A stretch of 64,000 bases of DNA. Source: an uncultured virus (IMG/VR IMGVR_UViG_3300027782_006468). Its lineage: Duplodnaviria > Heunggongvirae > Uroviricota > Caudoviricetes. How positions within the stretch are numbered: the stretch's first letter is position 1; each line of letters begins with the position of its first letter. The notes below the pieces were generated by a model, which was not told where the DNA came from, searched no databases, and saw only the letters and a list, made by a program, of their open reading frames with translations. The stretch lies in the IMG/VR virus record IMGVR_UViG_3300027782_006468, positions 1 through 64,000 of that record. One strand, 5' to 3'. Made by a program: the position numbers and the translations under genes. This document shows, piece by piece, positions 37,076 to 46,278 of this stretch.

Positions 37076-38438
37076 TTACAAATCAAAACAAATAGATCTA
37101 CCGCCTCTAGCCTCAGACATGAATCGACTAAACAAAAGACCTTCATATACTGGATCTACATCAGTAATTCCAAGACAATAGCAAATTAAAGAACCACAAG
37201 CACTTCCCCTTCCGGGTCCAACAGCTTGAGTTCCATCGCCACCTATATTTTCTCTGCACCACCTTCTTGCTTCATCAGTCATCATCTTTTGAATAAGAAA
37301 ATATGTACTAAAACCTTTACGAGTTATAAGGCTCAACTCTTCAATTATTCTATTTTTATACTCTGTAGTCATTGGCAAATTACGATGTTTAAATCCTCTC
37401 AAGACTTCATCCTTAAGCCTTTGGTCACAATCTGGAAATATAGGTAGTTTCAGACTTCTATCTAATTCGACACCTTTTGCTTTACGACAAATCTCTACTG
37501 TATTTTTTTTAGCTTCGCAAAAAATTTCATAAGGAATAATATCTTTATAATCACTCAGCCACTTTTCATTAAGTTCTTCCTCAGATTTCATCCATAAATT
37601 AGCATCCTGCAATTCGAAGAAATCCTGCATTGAATCTTCTTTCATTGCCCTTTGAATTTCTTTTAATGTTCTGTTGGTCTGAACCATCAACATAAGTCTT
37701 TGCAAGTGACTATCTTCTTTACGGCAATAATGACAATCTTGCGTAAGAATAATCTTCAATCCAAATTTCTGCTTTGCTTTAACAATAAAAGCGTCATAAG
37801 GTTTTTGTTTAACAAAATCTAAAAGCATAATTTCAAGCAGATAATTTTCTTTACCAAACATCTGAATGTATCGTTCTATCATTTGAAATCCAGCTTCTTC
37901 TCCGCCAGCATCAAATGCTCTGCCAACTTCGCTGTTATAGCAACAACTTGTAAAAAATAAGCCTTCTTTATGCTTCTCAAGTTGTTCGTAATTTACTCTT
38001 GGCTTTCTATAAAATCCTTTCGTCCAACCCCAAGATGTCAAACGAACAAGATTTTTATATCCAGTTTCATTGTATGCTATGGCTAATAAGTGTGGACTTG
38101 CTCTCAGTTCCAATAATTCACTTGGAGAGAGAGATTCAGAAAATTTTTGCATGTCTGACAAAGAAGAGGATTGCGGTTGCAATCTATTTACATAAAGTTC
38201 CGCAGCGAATATGGGAGAAAGTTTATTTTTCCCATATTTATCACATATCTTTTCGCATGCTTTAATTTGTCTGGGAACTGCTCCCAACATGCCATGATCA
38301 CTAATTGTAAGAAAATTTTGATTTATTTCTGTAGCACGAACCGAATATTCTTCGCATGTTCCAAGCCCATCGAGGACGGAAAAATCGGAGTAACTAATGA
38401 AGGTGGAGATGTTCAAAACCAACAATCTCCACCTTCAT
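37076..38438 (-). CDS. dnaE: DNA polymerase III alpha, N-terminal part (PHP domain and start of palm); frame interrupted by 7 nt after codon 14
   Basis: AAGGAG RBS, ATG 38438 MKVEIVGFEHLHLH then TAGTTAC, then in another frame SDFSVLDG, ISDHG, HLLAIA, GFYRKPR, TQDCHY, VGPGRGSACGS, LLFSRF. Confidence 0.88.
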
Positions 38439-38447
38439 TGTTACTCC
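38387..38447 (-). promoter_or_regulatory. 23-bp hairpin sequestering the dnaE-N RBS, start codon and in-frame TAG
   Basis: GGAGTAAC(T)AATGAAGGTGGAGAT 38387-38410 is the reverse complement of ATCTCCACCTTCATTGTTACTCC 38425-38447, with one bulge. Confidence 0.85.
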
Positions 38448-38458
38448 TTTCGTAAATG

Positions 38459-39253
38459 TCATTGTTCAATCTCTTGTTTAGTTTGAAGCCAAATTAAAAA
38501 TTCTTGCTTATCGTACTTTGCATTTTTACGACAATTCTCAGAAGCTGAAATTGGTCGTAAATTCTCCAGACAATTAATCAAAGACAAATCGTAAATCTTA
38601 TGATCTGAAAACGCCTTTATTGGGAAAATATGGTCAATATGCCACTTTCCATTTTTTACCTTTTCATAATTCTCATGATTGATTATATGATTTTGCAATT
38701 CTTTATAATCATAGCCAAGTAAAGCTGAAGTTTTAGACTTTTTTACTCTGCCAGTAACAGCCAAACTCATACTCAACAACTTATACGATCTCTGTCGAAA
38801 TATCAAGTCCATTTTAAATTTCTCTCGATCATCAACCCATTCATAATGATTTTCTCCAGATCGTTTGGCAATTCCGCAATCCCAACATCTTTTACCTGTT
38901 CTGAAATTATTCCAAGAGATCTTTGCTTCTTTGCCACAAGAACAAATATATCGCATATTCTTGGAAGACTTTTCGTATTGATCCAAAAGCATACAACCAA
39001 CGGCTGCGAATTCAGATTTTATTTTTTCATGAGAATAAGAGAATCGTTCGCTTATTTTGCGAGAACCGCAATTTTTACATCTATTGCCAGATTTGAAACT
39101 ATAAAAAACAATTTTAGATTCGTTTCCACAAGAACAACGATACCTCATTGGTGTGCGAGCATTGATATAAGTATCTTCTAATAATTTGCAACCATTTTTT
39201 AAGAAGAAACTTTGAACGAATTGATAGGTAAGTCTTTGACTTGAATATTTCAT
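38459..39253 (-). CDS. free-standing HNH homing-endonuclease-like protein with N-terminal zinc-ribbon repeats
   Basis: Two CSCG...RCxxCG repeats; WHIDHIFP...LENLRPISASENCRK. Confidence 0.85.
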   Translation of the reverse strand: MKYSSQRLTYQFVQSFFLKNGCKLLEDTYINARTPMRYRCSCGNESKIVFYSFKSGNRCKNCGSRKISERFSYSHEKIKSEFAAVGCMLLDQYEKSSKNMRYICSCGKEAKISWNNFRTGKRCWDCGIAKRSGENHYEWVDDREKFKMDLIFRQRSYKLLSMSLAVTGRVKKSKTSALLGYDYKELQNHIINHENYEKVKNGKWHIDHIFPIKAFSDHKIYDLSLINCLENLRPISASENCRKNAKYDKQEFLIWLQTKQEIEQ

Positions 39254-39255
39254 AA

Positions 39256-39282
39256 AACCTCCAATATATTTAGTTGGAGGCT
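39256..39282 (-). promoter_or_regulatory. RBS-sequestering hairpin with late-promoter-like CTAAATA in the loop
   Basis: Minus strand AGCCTCCAA-CTAAATATA-TTGGAGGTT immediately before ATG 39253. Confidence 0.65.
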
Positions 39283-39326
39283 TCACAATTATTTCAATCT
39301 TTTAGACGGTTCTGCAGAATTAAAAG

Positions 39327-39548
39327 TTATTTCTTAATTGATGCCTTTGTAGGTTCTTCAGACTGTATTTTTTTCCATTTTTCAAATTCATCAGATAAAG
39401 CTTGAGCTTGAGCTTCAAGTTCTTTTAATTTTACCTGTGTTTTTTCATAATACTCTTTTAATTGTTGTTTAATCTGTTTTTTCTCATTGTGAATTTCAGA
39501 AACTCGCTGAGAAAAAGTGACAAATTCATCTGATAATAGCCAATCCAT
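39327..39548 (-). CDS. coiled-coil hypothetical protein
   Basis: 73-aa ORF with AAGGA RBS. Confidence 0.7.
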   Translation of the reverse strand: MDWLLSDEFVTFSQRVSEIHNEKKQIKQQLKEYYEKTQVKLKELEAQAQALSDEFEKWKKIQSEEPTKASIKK

Positions 39549-39559
39549 AATTTTTTCCT

Positions 39560-41137
39560 TTATTTCTTTTCTCGAATTCTTACATTAGCAGGATCATTAT
39601 CGAAACATTCGAATACGACATCAGTACCATCATGACCTTTGGTGGAAAGAAAAACATCATTTCCCCAAATGAATCTTAGACCAACCAATACATCTCGGAC
39701 ATAAGGCTCATGAAGCGGTCTGCCTTCAAATGTATGCTCAAGCATCAGATAGCCCTTACCACGATAATTAGGCTCTGTTAAACGAATATCTGGCAGTCCT
39801 CCATTTACATGGCGAGCCATCAACAATTTTTTTATCTTATTGTAATCATGACTTTCAAGAATCGTCTCTCCGCTTGGATAACGCTTATGTTCAAAGTATT
39901 CTTGTTCTCGACAGAAATCCTCAGTAAAAAATTCATGTATTAAAGTTAGATCATCGTAATACTTTCTAACTTCAAAAATCTTTTCCTTACCAAGCATTGC
40001 CTTGGTATCCCATTTTTCTTTCTTACTAGAATTTGTGCAATCATCCCATTCATTGCCGAATTGACCTTTATCCCAACGATTGCGAATATCGGACAAAAGA
40101 TTATATCCTAGCTTATAAGGATTGGTGCTATATTTTCCACCAAGAACACCCATCTTGTGTGCAGCGTATTCAATGATTCCAGAATCATGAGTCTTTTGAC
40201 CCAAGCCGACATAACCCTGTTCTGCCATGATAACATGGTCAGTCATAGAAGCCCAGCCCTCGTTTAATACTTTGGTTTGTCTCTGTGGGAAAAAATAAAT
40301 TGATTCTTCATAGATCATAGACATGATATCTTGTTGCCAAGGCTTAAGTGGAGCATTATCACGCAAAAATCCAAATATATCTTTAACTGGTTCTATAAAA
40401 AATCCAAGTTCCTCTGCAAGATCTTTATCTTTTACCTTTTCATTTTCTCTTTCTTTGAACTCTTTTGTGTTGATGTAATTATCCATATAGAAGCGATCAC
40501 TATCAACTTTAAGTCTTTTTGGAAATCTATAATTTCTTTTATCAATAATATTTCTATCTTTGATAACTTTTTGATGCCAAGCCGATGCTCCATCAACCAA
40601 AGTATCGATGCGAAGTAAATAATCAAGAAATTCAGTAACCTTTTCCTTGCCCCATCTAGCCATATATTTTTTAATACGGCTACTATGATTTGCCATGTTG
40701 TTCAACATGTTTGTATCAGTAGCAGAAAAGTGAATATTATTTTTAAAGAAATCATTATGACCAGTGGCGTGAGCGATAACAGTCAGATGATCCAATAATG
40801 TGTTGCTATCTAAGCAATAGATGTAACATGGCGATGTATTGATTACCATCTCATATATTTTATGCATTTGATTTTCATATCCACGCTGCAATTCTTCATA
40901 TTGCATGCCAAATGACCAATGTGGATATCGTACTGGAAAACCACCATACGCTGCTACTTCGGATATTTCATCGTAGGTAAGAAGCTGCACTACGGTTGGA
41001 TAAAAGTCCAAACCCCAATCTTTACAAACATTCAAAATTATTTGAGCATATTCTTTTAATTGTTTTGGAAGCTGAACTCCGGGAATTGTGTTATCGCCAA
41101 TAAGAAGTGAAGAACCATGCATGAACTTATTAGACAT
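39560..41137 (-). CDS. spoVR: SpoVR/YcgB family protein
   Basis: GFPVRYPHWSFG, IYEMVIN, AHATGHNDFFKNN, TKVLNEGWAS, NPYKLG. Confidence 0.93.
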   Translation of the reverse strand: MSNKFMHGSSLLIGDNTIPGVQLPKQLKEYAQIILNVCKDWGLDFYPTVVQLLTYDEISEVAAYGGFPVRYPHWSFGMQYEELQRGYENQMHKIYEMVINTSPCYIYCLDSNTLLDHLTVIAHATGHNDFFKNNIHFSATDTNMLNNMANHSSRIKKYMARWGKEKVTEFLDYLLRIDTLVDGASAWHQKVIKDRNIIDKRNYRFPKRLKVDSDRFYMDNYINTKEFKERENEKVKDKDLAEELGFFIEPVKDIFGFLRDNAPLKPWQQDIMSMIYEESIYFFPQRQTKVLNEGWASMTDHVIMAEQGYVGLGQKTHDSGIIEYAAHKMGVLGGKYSTNPYKLGYNLLSDIRNRWDKGQFGNEWDDCTNSSKKEKWDTKAMLGKEKIFEVRKYYDDLTLIHEFFTEDFCREQEYFEHKRYPSGETILESHDYNKIKKLLMARHVNGGLPDIRLTEPNYRGKGYLMLEHTFEGRPLHEPYVRDVLVGLRFIWGNDVFLSTKGHDGTDVVFECFDNDPANVRIREKK

Positions 41138-41155
41138 CTTATAAATCCTTAAATT

Positions 41156-42352
41156 TTACTTTGATTTTTGATTACCCATCAAACTTTTAATTGCATCTAA
41201 AATTTGATTATTTCTAATTTCATCATCACGCATATTCGGATCATTAGGATTTCCATTTCCAAAGTTAATTTCGGTGGTACGAATATTATTCTTATCAAGC
41301 TCTCCACTTTCCAACGCCTTATCGACATGATACTTAACACTATTGGTATAGTTGTAAGGCAAAATTTGTGTGATCCCGACTAAATTAATATCCTTTTCTG
41401 GAAATGATTCTTTTAATGTGTTGATAAATACTTGATTATCATCGCCCCAATTATCTCCATCCGTAAAGTAAAAAACATAAATGTTCCACTTTTGCGGAGG
41501 GTATCTATTCTCAAATTGCTTTTGAATAAATTTCAAAGCAGAAGAACAAGTTGTTCCTCCACCATATCGGTAGTTATAAAACTTTTCTTCATCTACTTCC
41601 ATGGCAAGAGAATCGTGCCACACAAAAAGTCGATCAACTCTTTTGTAAAATTGTCTAATCCAAACATCAATCCACCAAGCCATATCTGAGACGATCTCGC
41701 ATTTAGCTTGATCCATCGATCCAGATCCATCACGGGCATAAATGATCAAAGCATTGCTAGAAGGAACTTTAACTTCTTTATATTGCCTATAACGCTTGTC
41801 ACGCTTAATTGGCTTGATTGTCTTCATGGGCATGCTAAGACCCGGAACTATTTCAAAATTATTAGCAGTTCCATCTGCACATTGCCTTTTTAAAGCTTCG
41901 ATAAAAGTTCTTCTATTATGACGCAAAGATTCGGGACCAACCAAAGATATATTATTATATTTGATTTTTACTTCATCGAATGTATCATTTACTTTTGGCT
42001 TTAAATTTGGCAATTCCAGTTCATCTTGCATGAACTTCAATACAGTTTCCAAATCAAGACTTACGGTGATTCCTTCACCTTCATCCTGAGTTGCTCCATT
42101 GCCCTTTCCTTTTTTACCCTTATCAATGACATCGCCATCCTTGCCTTTACCTCTGCCGATGCCATTGCCGTTATCACCATAAAGAATTTGAGGAATATCA
42201 ATTTTTGGAATTGTGATAGAAATTTTACCTCGTTTGCCACGAGATTTTACTATCTGTCCAGATTTGATAAACTTTTTAAGTGCTTTACGAAGTTTGCCTG
42301 AGACAACATCTATAAAGTCTTTATGATCTTCTTCAATTCTGCGTGGACACAT
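41156..42352 (-). CDS. yeaH: YeaH/YhbH (DUF444) vWA-like protein
   Basis: LELPNL, RDGSGSM, GGTTCSSA, YPPQKWNIY, TDGDNW. Confidence 0.93.
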   Translation of the reverse strand: MCPRRIEEDHKDFIDVVSGKLRKALKKFIKSGQIVKSRGKRGKISITIPKIDIPQILYGDNGNGIGRGKGKDGDVIDKGKKGKGNGATQDEGEGITVSLDLETVLKFMQDELELPNLKPKVNDTFDEVKIKYNNISLVGPESLRHNRRTFIEALKRQCADGTANNFEIVPGLSMPMKTIKPIKRDKRYRQYKEVKVPSSNALIIYARDGSGSMDQAKCEIVSDMAWWIDVWIRQFYKRVDRLFVWHDSLAMEVDEEKFYNYRYGGGTTCSSALKFIQKQFENRYPPQKWNIYVFYFTDGDNWGDDNQVFINTLKESFPEKDINLVGITQILPYNYTNSVKYHVDKALESGELDKNNIRTTEINFGNGNPNDPNMRDDEIRNNQILDAIKSLMGNQKSK

Positions 42353-42358
42353 GTTCTA

Positions 42359-44431
42359 TTATTCCTCGGCTAGATCGCCTCTTGCAAATATAGATCCAAC
42401 AAAATCCAGAACATCAGTTGCAGATCTTTCGTTATAACCATACTGTTTGATAAGGCGAGTTTTAATCGCATCTATTTTTTCTTGAATATCCTTATCAACC
42501 ACAGTTGCTCCGCTAACATTAAGTGCGGACAACTTAATGGTATCTTTTACATCTTCAAAAAGCTTTGCTTCTAAAGCTTTTCTCAATTTTGGATTAGAAT
42601 CCCAACTAAATTGCTTGTGCTTGATTGCAAGGTCGCCAATAAAAGCAGCTATCTGCCTACGGAAATCATCAGCACCCGGTTCTGGTATATCGATCTTAGA
42701 TTCAATGGCTCGCATCAATCTTTCGTCAGGCTTTCTATCTTGCCCTGTGATTGGGTCTTTAATCTTACTTTTGTTGATATACGCCATGATATTATCAATG
42801 TAATTGGCACAAAGTCGAATGATCGCATCTTCGTCACCAACAAGAGCCTTCTGAACTTCGGCTTTTAAAATTTCAGTCAACTTCTTAACCACCAAATCAA
42901 TGCATGTGATATATCGACCAACATCATCCTTATTGTTCAACAAAGAACTTCCTTCTAAACCTTCACGAAGCTCATTCAGAACCATGAACATATTTACATA
43001 GTCATGATTATTGGCTAAACAATTTGAAAGCTTATCTTGAACATAACGAACTGAAACACCACGGGTCATACCCTCATCAGGATACCTATCCTTCAATTCC
43101 TTGACTTGCTCTTCTGTCCATCCAGAAAGAAGCTTGCCGTCATAAAGCTCTGCTTTTTCGACTAAGGAAATTTTACCATCCTTATCATCATGAAGTCTGG
43201 TTAGAACTGCCCATAGAGCAGCAACTTCAAGTGTGTGTGGTGCGATATGTTGTTTGACCCTATCTACACCATAATCTTTTTCCAAGATTTTAAGTTCTTC
43301 GCCCCATCGAAGAGTATAAGGAACATCGATCTTTACAGTCCTATCACGCAACGCTTCCATATATTGGTTGCTTCGAAGCCTTTCGTATTCAGGACTATTG
43401 GTATGACAAAATATTGCCTCATCAATAGAAACTTGTGCAAACTTCTTTGGCTTAATACTTTGTTCTTGGCTTGCACCCAATAGATCATATAAAAATGCTT
43501 GATCTAACTTCAAAGCTTCTATAAACTCTATCATTCCCCTGTTTCCGACACAAAATTCTCCGTCAAAATTAAAGCTTCTTGGGTCAGAGTCAGAACCAAA
43601 AGTGCTGATGCGACTAAAATTAATATCGCCTGTGAGTTCTGTAGAGTCTTGATTTTTTTCATCTTTAGGTTGGAATGTGGCGATACCAACACGATCTGCT
43701 TCGCTATATGTTTTTCGAATTACTCGAATATGTTTTTCAAGAACTTTTTCGAGATCTCCATCATACCTAATCAAAAGTTCTTTCATGAAGAACTTGCATC
43801 TTGGATCAAGCTCTCCCTCACACTTCAATACATATAGTTCATTTCTTTCTTCTGCAGATACAGACTCAGAAAGAACTCGATTCAAATCATCCATAATGGG
43901 TTTACGAATTTCTGGCGGGAGCAACTTAAGTGGCTGCTCATGCATTGGGCATTCATCTTCTTCTTTGACATAAATTCCATCTTGTCCAGTCGGAAGATTT
44001 ATCCATTTGAAAGTATACCAAGCACCGGCATCGGTTGTAGAATAGTTTTCCAATTCTCGCTTGAACAATCTACAGATTGTAGATTTAGAGCTACCTACAG
44101 GTCCGTGCAAAAGAAGAATTCTTTTTTCAGTACCAAAATATCCAGCTGCACCTTTGATGAACTTAACCAAAGAATCCTTAGTTGGTGTCAGACCAATGAT
44201 TGGACATTCCTGATTATCAAAGAAATTATAATGTTTGTATGTCTTTCTATATTCTTCAACGGCATGACAGCCCTTTTCCATAATCATGTCGTAAATCATT
44301 TGCCAAGAATTACGGACAAGTCTTGGCTGCTGATAGCACAGATCAATGTATTCGGAAAATGACATTTCTCCGTTAAGAATTTTAAATTTGCTTTGATTGA
44401 ATCTACCTATAAATCTTTTAAGTTCGTCCAT
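42359..44431 (-). CDS. prkA: PrkA/YeaG AAA+ serine protein kinase
   Basis: RILLLHGPVGSSKST, CPMHEQPL, QPKDEKNQDSTELTG, DPRSFNFDGE, EALRDR, HIAPHTL. Confidence 0.95.
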   Translation of the reverse strand: MDELKRFIGRFNQSKFKILNGEMSFSEYIDLCYQQPRLVRNSWQMIYDMIMEKGCHAVEEYRKTYKHYNFFDNQECPIIGLTPTKDSLVKFIKGAAGYFGTEKRILLLHGPVGSSKSTICRLFKRELENYSTTDAGAWYTFKWINLPTGQDGIYVKEEDECPMHEQPLKLLPPEIRKPIMDDLNRVLSESVSAEERNELYVLKCEGELDPRCKFFMKELLIRYDGDLEKVLEKHIRVIRKTYSEADRVGIATFQPKDEKNQDSTELTGDINFSRISTFGSDSDPRSFNFDGEFCVGNRGMIEFIEALKLDQAFLYDLLGASQEQSIKPKKFAQVSIDEAIFCHTNSPEYERLRSNQYMEALRDRTVKIDVPYTLRWGEELKILEKDYGVDRVKQHIAPHTLEVAALWAVLTRLHDDKDGKISLVEKAELYDGKLLSGWTEEQVKELKDRYPDEGMTRGVSVRYVQDKLSNCLANNHDYVNMFMVLNELREGLEGSSLLNNKDDVGRYITCIDLVVKKLTEILKAEVQKALVGDEDAIIRLCANYIDNIMAYINKSKIKDPITGQDRKPDERLMRAIESKIDIPEPGADDFRRQIAAFIGDLAIKHKQFSWDSNPKLRKALEAKLFEDVKDTIKLSALNVSGATVVDKDIQEKIDAIKTRLIKQYGYNERSATDVLDFVGSIFARGDLAEE

Positions 44432-44514
44432 TTAAGTCTCCAATAAAAATCTAGTTAATTAGATCTGCATTATTATAAGGTGAGTTTACAAAATTAAAAA
44501 AGACATATAAATGA

Positions 44515-44862
44515 TTATTTTACTTCGCCCCATGAAGAATCACTATCAATATCATTTATTGGACTATATGGTTCTGATCCCATATGACTATTTTCTTTTG
44601 CATTTTTTCTTTGATCTCGGACACCGCCCGGACGATCAACATTGAAATTATGTCGATAATCATGCCCTTTTGAATCACTATTCCAGACATCTGTTCCTAC
44701 TGGATTTGTGAAACTAAAGCGACAAGTCGTCAATAATTTATTCTTCAATTTTGATTTACATTTAGGGCAGGAAACTTTTGAATATTTTCCAGTTTTATCG
44801 TATTCCGCTACTTCTTCCCATACTTTTGTACATTTCTTGCATTCGAACGCATATGTTGGCAT
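44515..44862 (-). CDS. FmdB-family zinc-ribbon protein
   Basis: MPTYAFECKKC...CPKC. Confidence 0.85.
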   Translation of the reverse strand: MPTYAFECKKCTKVWEEVAEYDKTGKYSKVSCPKCKSKLKNKLLTTCRFSFTNPVGTDVWNSDSKGHDYRHNFNVDRPGGVRDQRKNAKENSHMGSEPYSPINDIDSDSSWGEVK

Positions 44863-44872
44863 AAATATATTC

Positions 44873-45148
44873 CTAAATTTCTTGTAGATCTCGCAACTGA
44901 AAATATACCTTCGAGATCATGCTTAATTGAGTTTGCAAACTATAAAACTTCCAAAAGAAAGATTTTTCGCAGACTTTTATAGATTTGGCAATTAACTTTT
45001 GATTTAAAGCCAAATATGTAAGCTCAACACCTTCTTGCTGTAAGGCTTGGTCTTCTGCTATCAGTTCTTTATATTCTTGTGGTGAGATTGGAGGTTCATT
45101 TGGTTCATCTTCATTCTCTTCATCATCATAATAATCAAATCGTTTCAT
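44873..45148 (-). CDS. hypothetical protein
   Basis: 91-aa ORF with GAGGAG RBS. Confidence 0.7.
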   Translation of the reverse strand: MKRFDYYDDEENEDEPNEPPISPQEYKELIAEDQALQQEGVELTYLALNQKLIAKSIKVCEKSFFWKFYSLQTQLSMISKVYFQLRDLQEI

Positions 45149-45157
45149 TTTTTCTCC

Positions 45158-45775
45158 TCAACAAACACTATGGAAAACATTACATGCATCTTTCCATATA
45201 TTTGAAAATCGTCTTTCATTAATAGTAAGCATCACATTGTCATGTTTGGAATAGACACTCAATGGATTCCCAAGTTTATTTATCCATGAATCTGTATTAA
45301 AGTTCCCCCACCCAGAAGAATATGAAACAAATCTAGAAAATTTATTTTCTTTGACATTAGCAAATAAATTTTCATTTTTTACAACATCATCAACTTCGTT
45401 ATACAAAATATAACAATTTTCTTTTTTATAATTTTGCTTCGAACTGATGATGTTTTCTTCGGCATCTAATTCTTTCAAGCAAATTATGTCTGGTGATATA
45501 ACAAGCACGGGATATTTAACATAAGATTTTTTAAGAGCATAGTTCAAGCAAGAAATTGGATTATCATTTTTTGTTATTTCGAATGTAACGCCAAGACGCT
45601 TAGTCCAATTAAATAAATTGAATTTCATATCTTTTCGATTACACAATATTGAAATTTTTGCATCTGGAAGATTTTGCTGGAAAGAATACCAACTAAGAAA
45701 TGTCATCCAATCATGATGCAAAAGATGCGAACAACAAATCAAAACGCTTAGATTTTCACCTGTATAACTTATCAT
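45158..45775 (-). CDS. hypothetical protein, weak glycosyltransferase-like
   Basis: LSVLICC..., WYSFQQNLPD, VLVISPDII resemble a GT-A fold. Confidence 0.45.
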   Translation of the reverse strand: MISYTGENLSVLICCSHLLHHDWMTFLSWYSFQQNLPDAKISILCNRKDMKFNLFNWTKRLGVTFEITKNDNPISCLNYALKKSYVKYPVLVISPDIICLKELDAEENIISSKQNYKKENCYILYNEVDDVVKNENLFANVKENKFSRFVSYSSGWGNFNTDSWINKLGNPLSVYSKHDNVMLTINERRFSNIWKDACNVFHSVC

Positions 45776-45787
45776 GATCTAATGGAG

Positions 45788-45943
45788 TTATTTTTTCTTT
45801 TTATTCAAGTGCAAAGGAGAAAAGAGGCTGAAAATTGGCTTTGCTGGCTTTACACTTTTAGACATTAATTGTGTAGGAGAATTTGAACCTCTAGAATTGA
45901 AGCCATACATCTTCTCATTTAAAAACTGCTGAAAAGTTTTCAT
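45788..45943 (-). CDS. small basic protein (51 aa) with T4 capsid-targeting-like sequence
   Basis: Manual translation MKTFQQFLNEKMYGFNSRG...HLNKKKK; not in the ORF track. Confidence 0.7.
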   Translation of the reverse strand: MKTFQQFLNEKMYGFNSRGSNSPTQLMSKSVKPAKPIFSLFSPLHLNKKKK

Positions 45944-45946
45944 TTA

Positions 45947-46237
45947 TTACTTTGGAACTCCAGTCGTAGCTTTAGCCTGATCTTTTTGAGCAGCATCCAA
46001 TTGATTTTTAATTGTTTTTTGTAATGCTGCTGGATTAAGTGCGACTGGACTTTTAGATTTCAACATCAGATTTTTAACTTCTGTATCTTTTGTGATCTTG
46101 TCGGCAATTGCACTTGGATTTTTTCCAATCTTTGGGTCTGCAGATAGCATCGCTGATTTTCCTTGAATGGCTCCAGAAAGTTGTGCATCAAAATCACCAT
46201 CTTCTGTAATTTTCAACCAATTTTTGAATGAATTCAT
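45947..46237 (-). CDS. hypothetical protein with capsid-targeting-like N-terminus
   Basis: MNSFKNWLKITE; AAGGAG RBS. Confidence 0.75.
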   Translation of the reverse strand: MNSFKNWLKITEDGDFDAQLSGAIQGKSAMLSADPKIGKNPSAIADKITKDTEVKNLMLKSKSPVALNPAALQKTIKNQLDAAQKDQAKATTGVPK

Positions 46238-46278
46238 ATTTACTCCTTATAAACATATATATAGAAGAAAGGAATAAA

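Noticed and set aside
37076..37100. Split intein at the end of dnaE-N (…ICFDL)
   Set aside because: Only four residues from the Cys to the stop, and the C-half has no HN/[CST] intein terminus before MPDID
38394..38396. TAG reassignment (alternative genetic code) as the explanation for the dnaE-N stop
   Set aside because: TAG ends conserved genes at expected positions (e.g. groES 5138, dnaJ 4080), long genes are intact in code 11, and read-through would still be out of frame
38459..39320. Group I intron carrying the HNH gene inside dnaE
   Set aside because: The dnaE start codon and first 14 codons are downstream of the HNH gene, and there is no room for a ribozyme core in the short flanks
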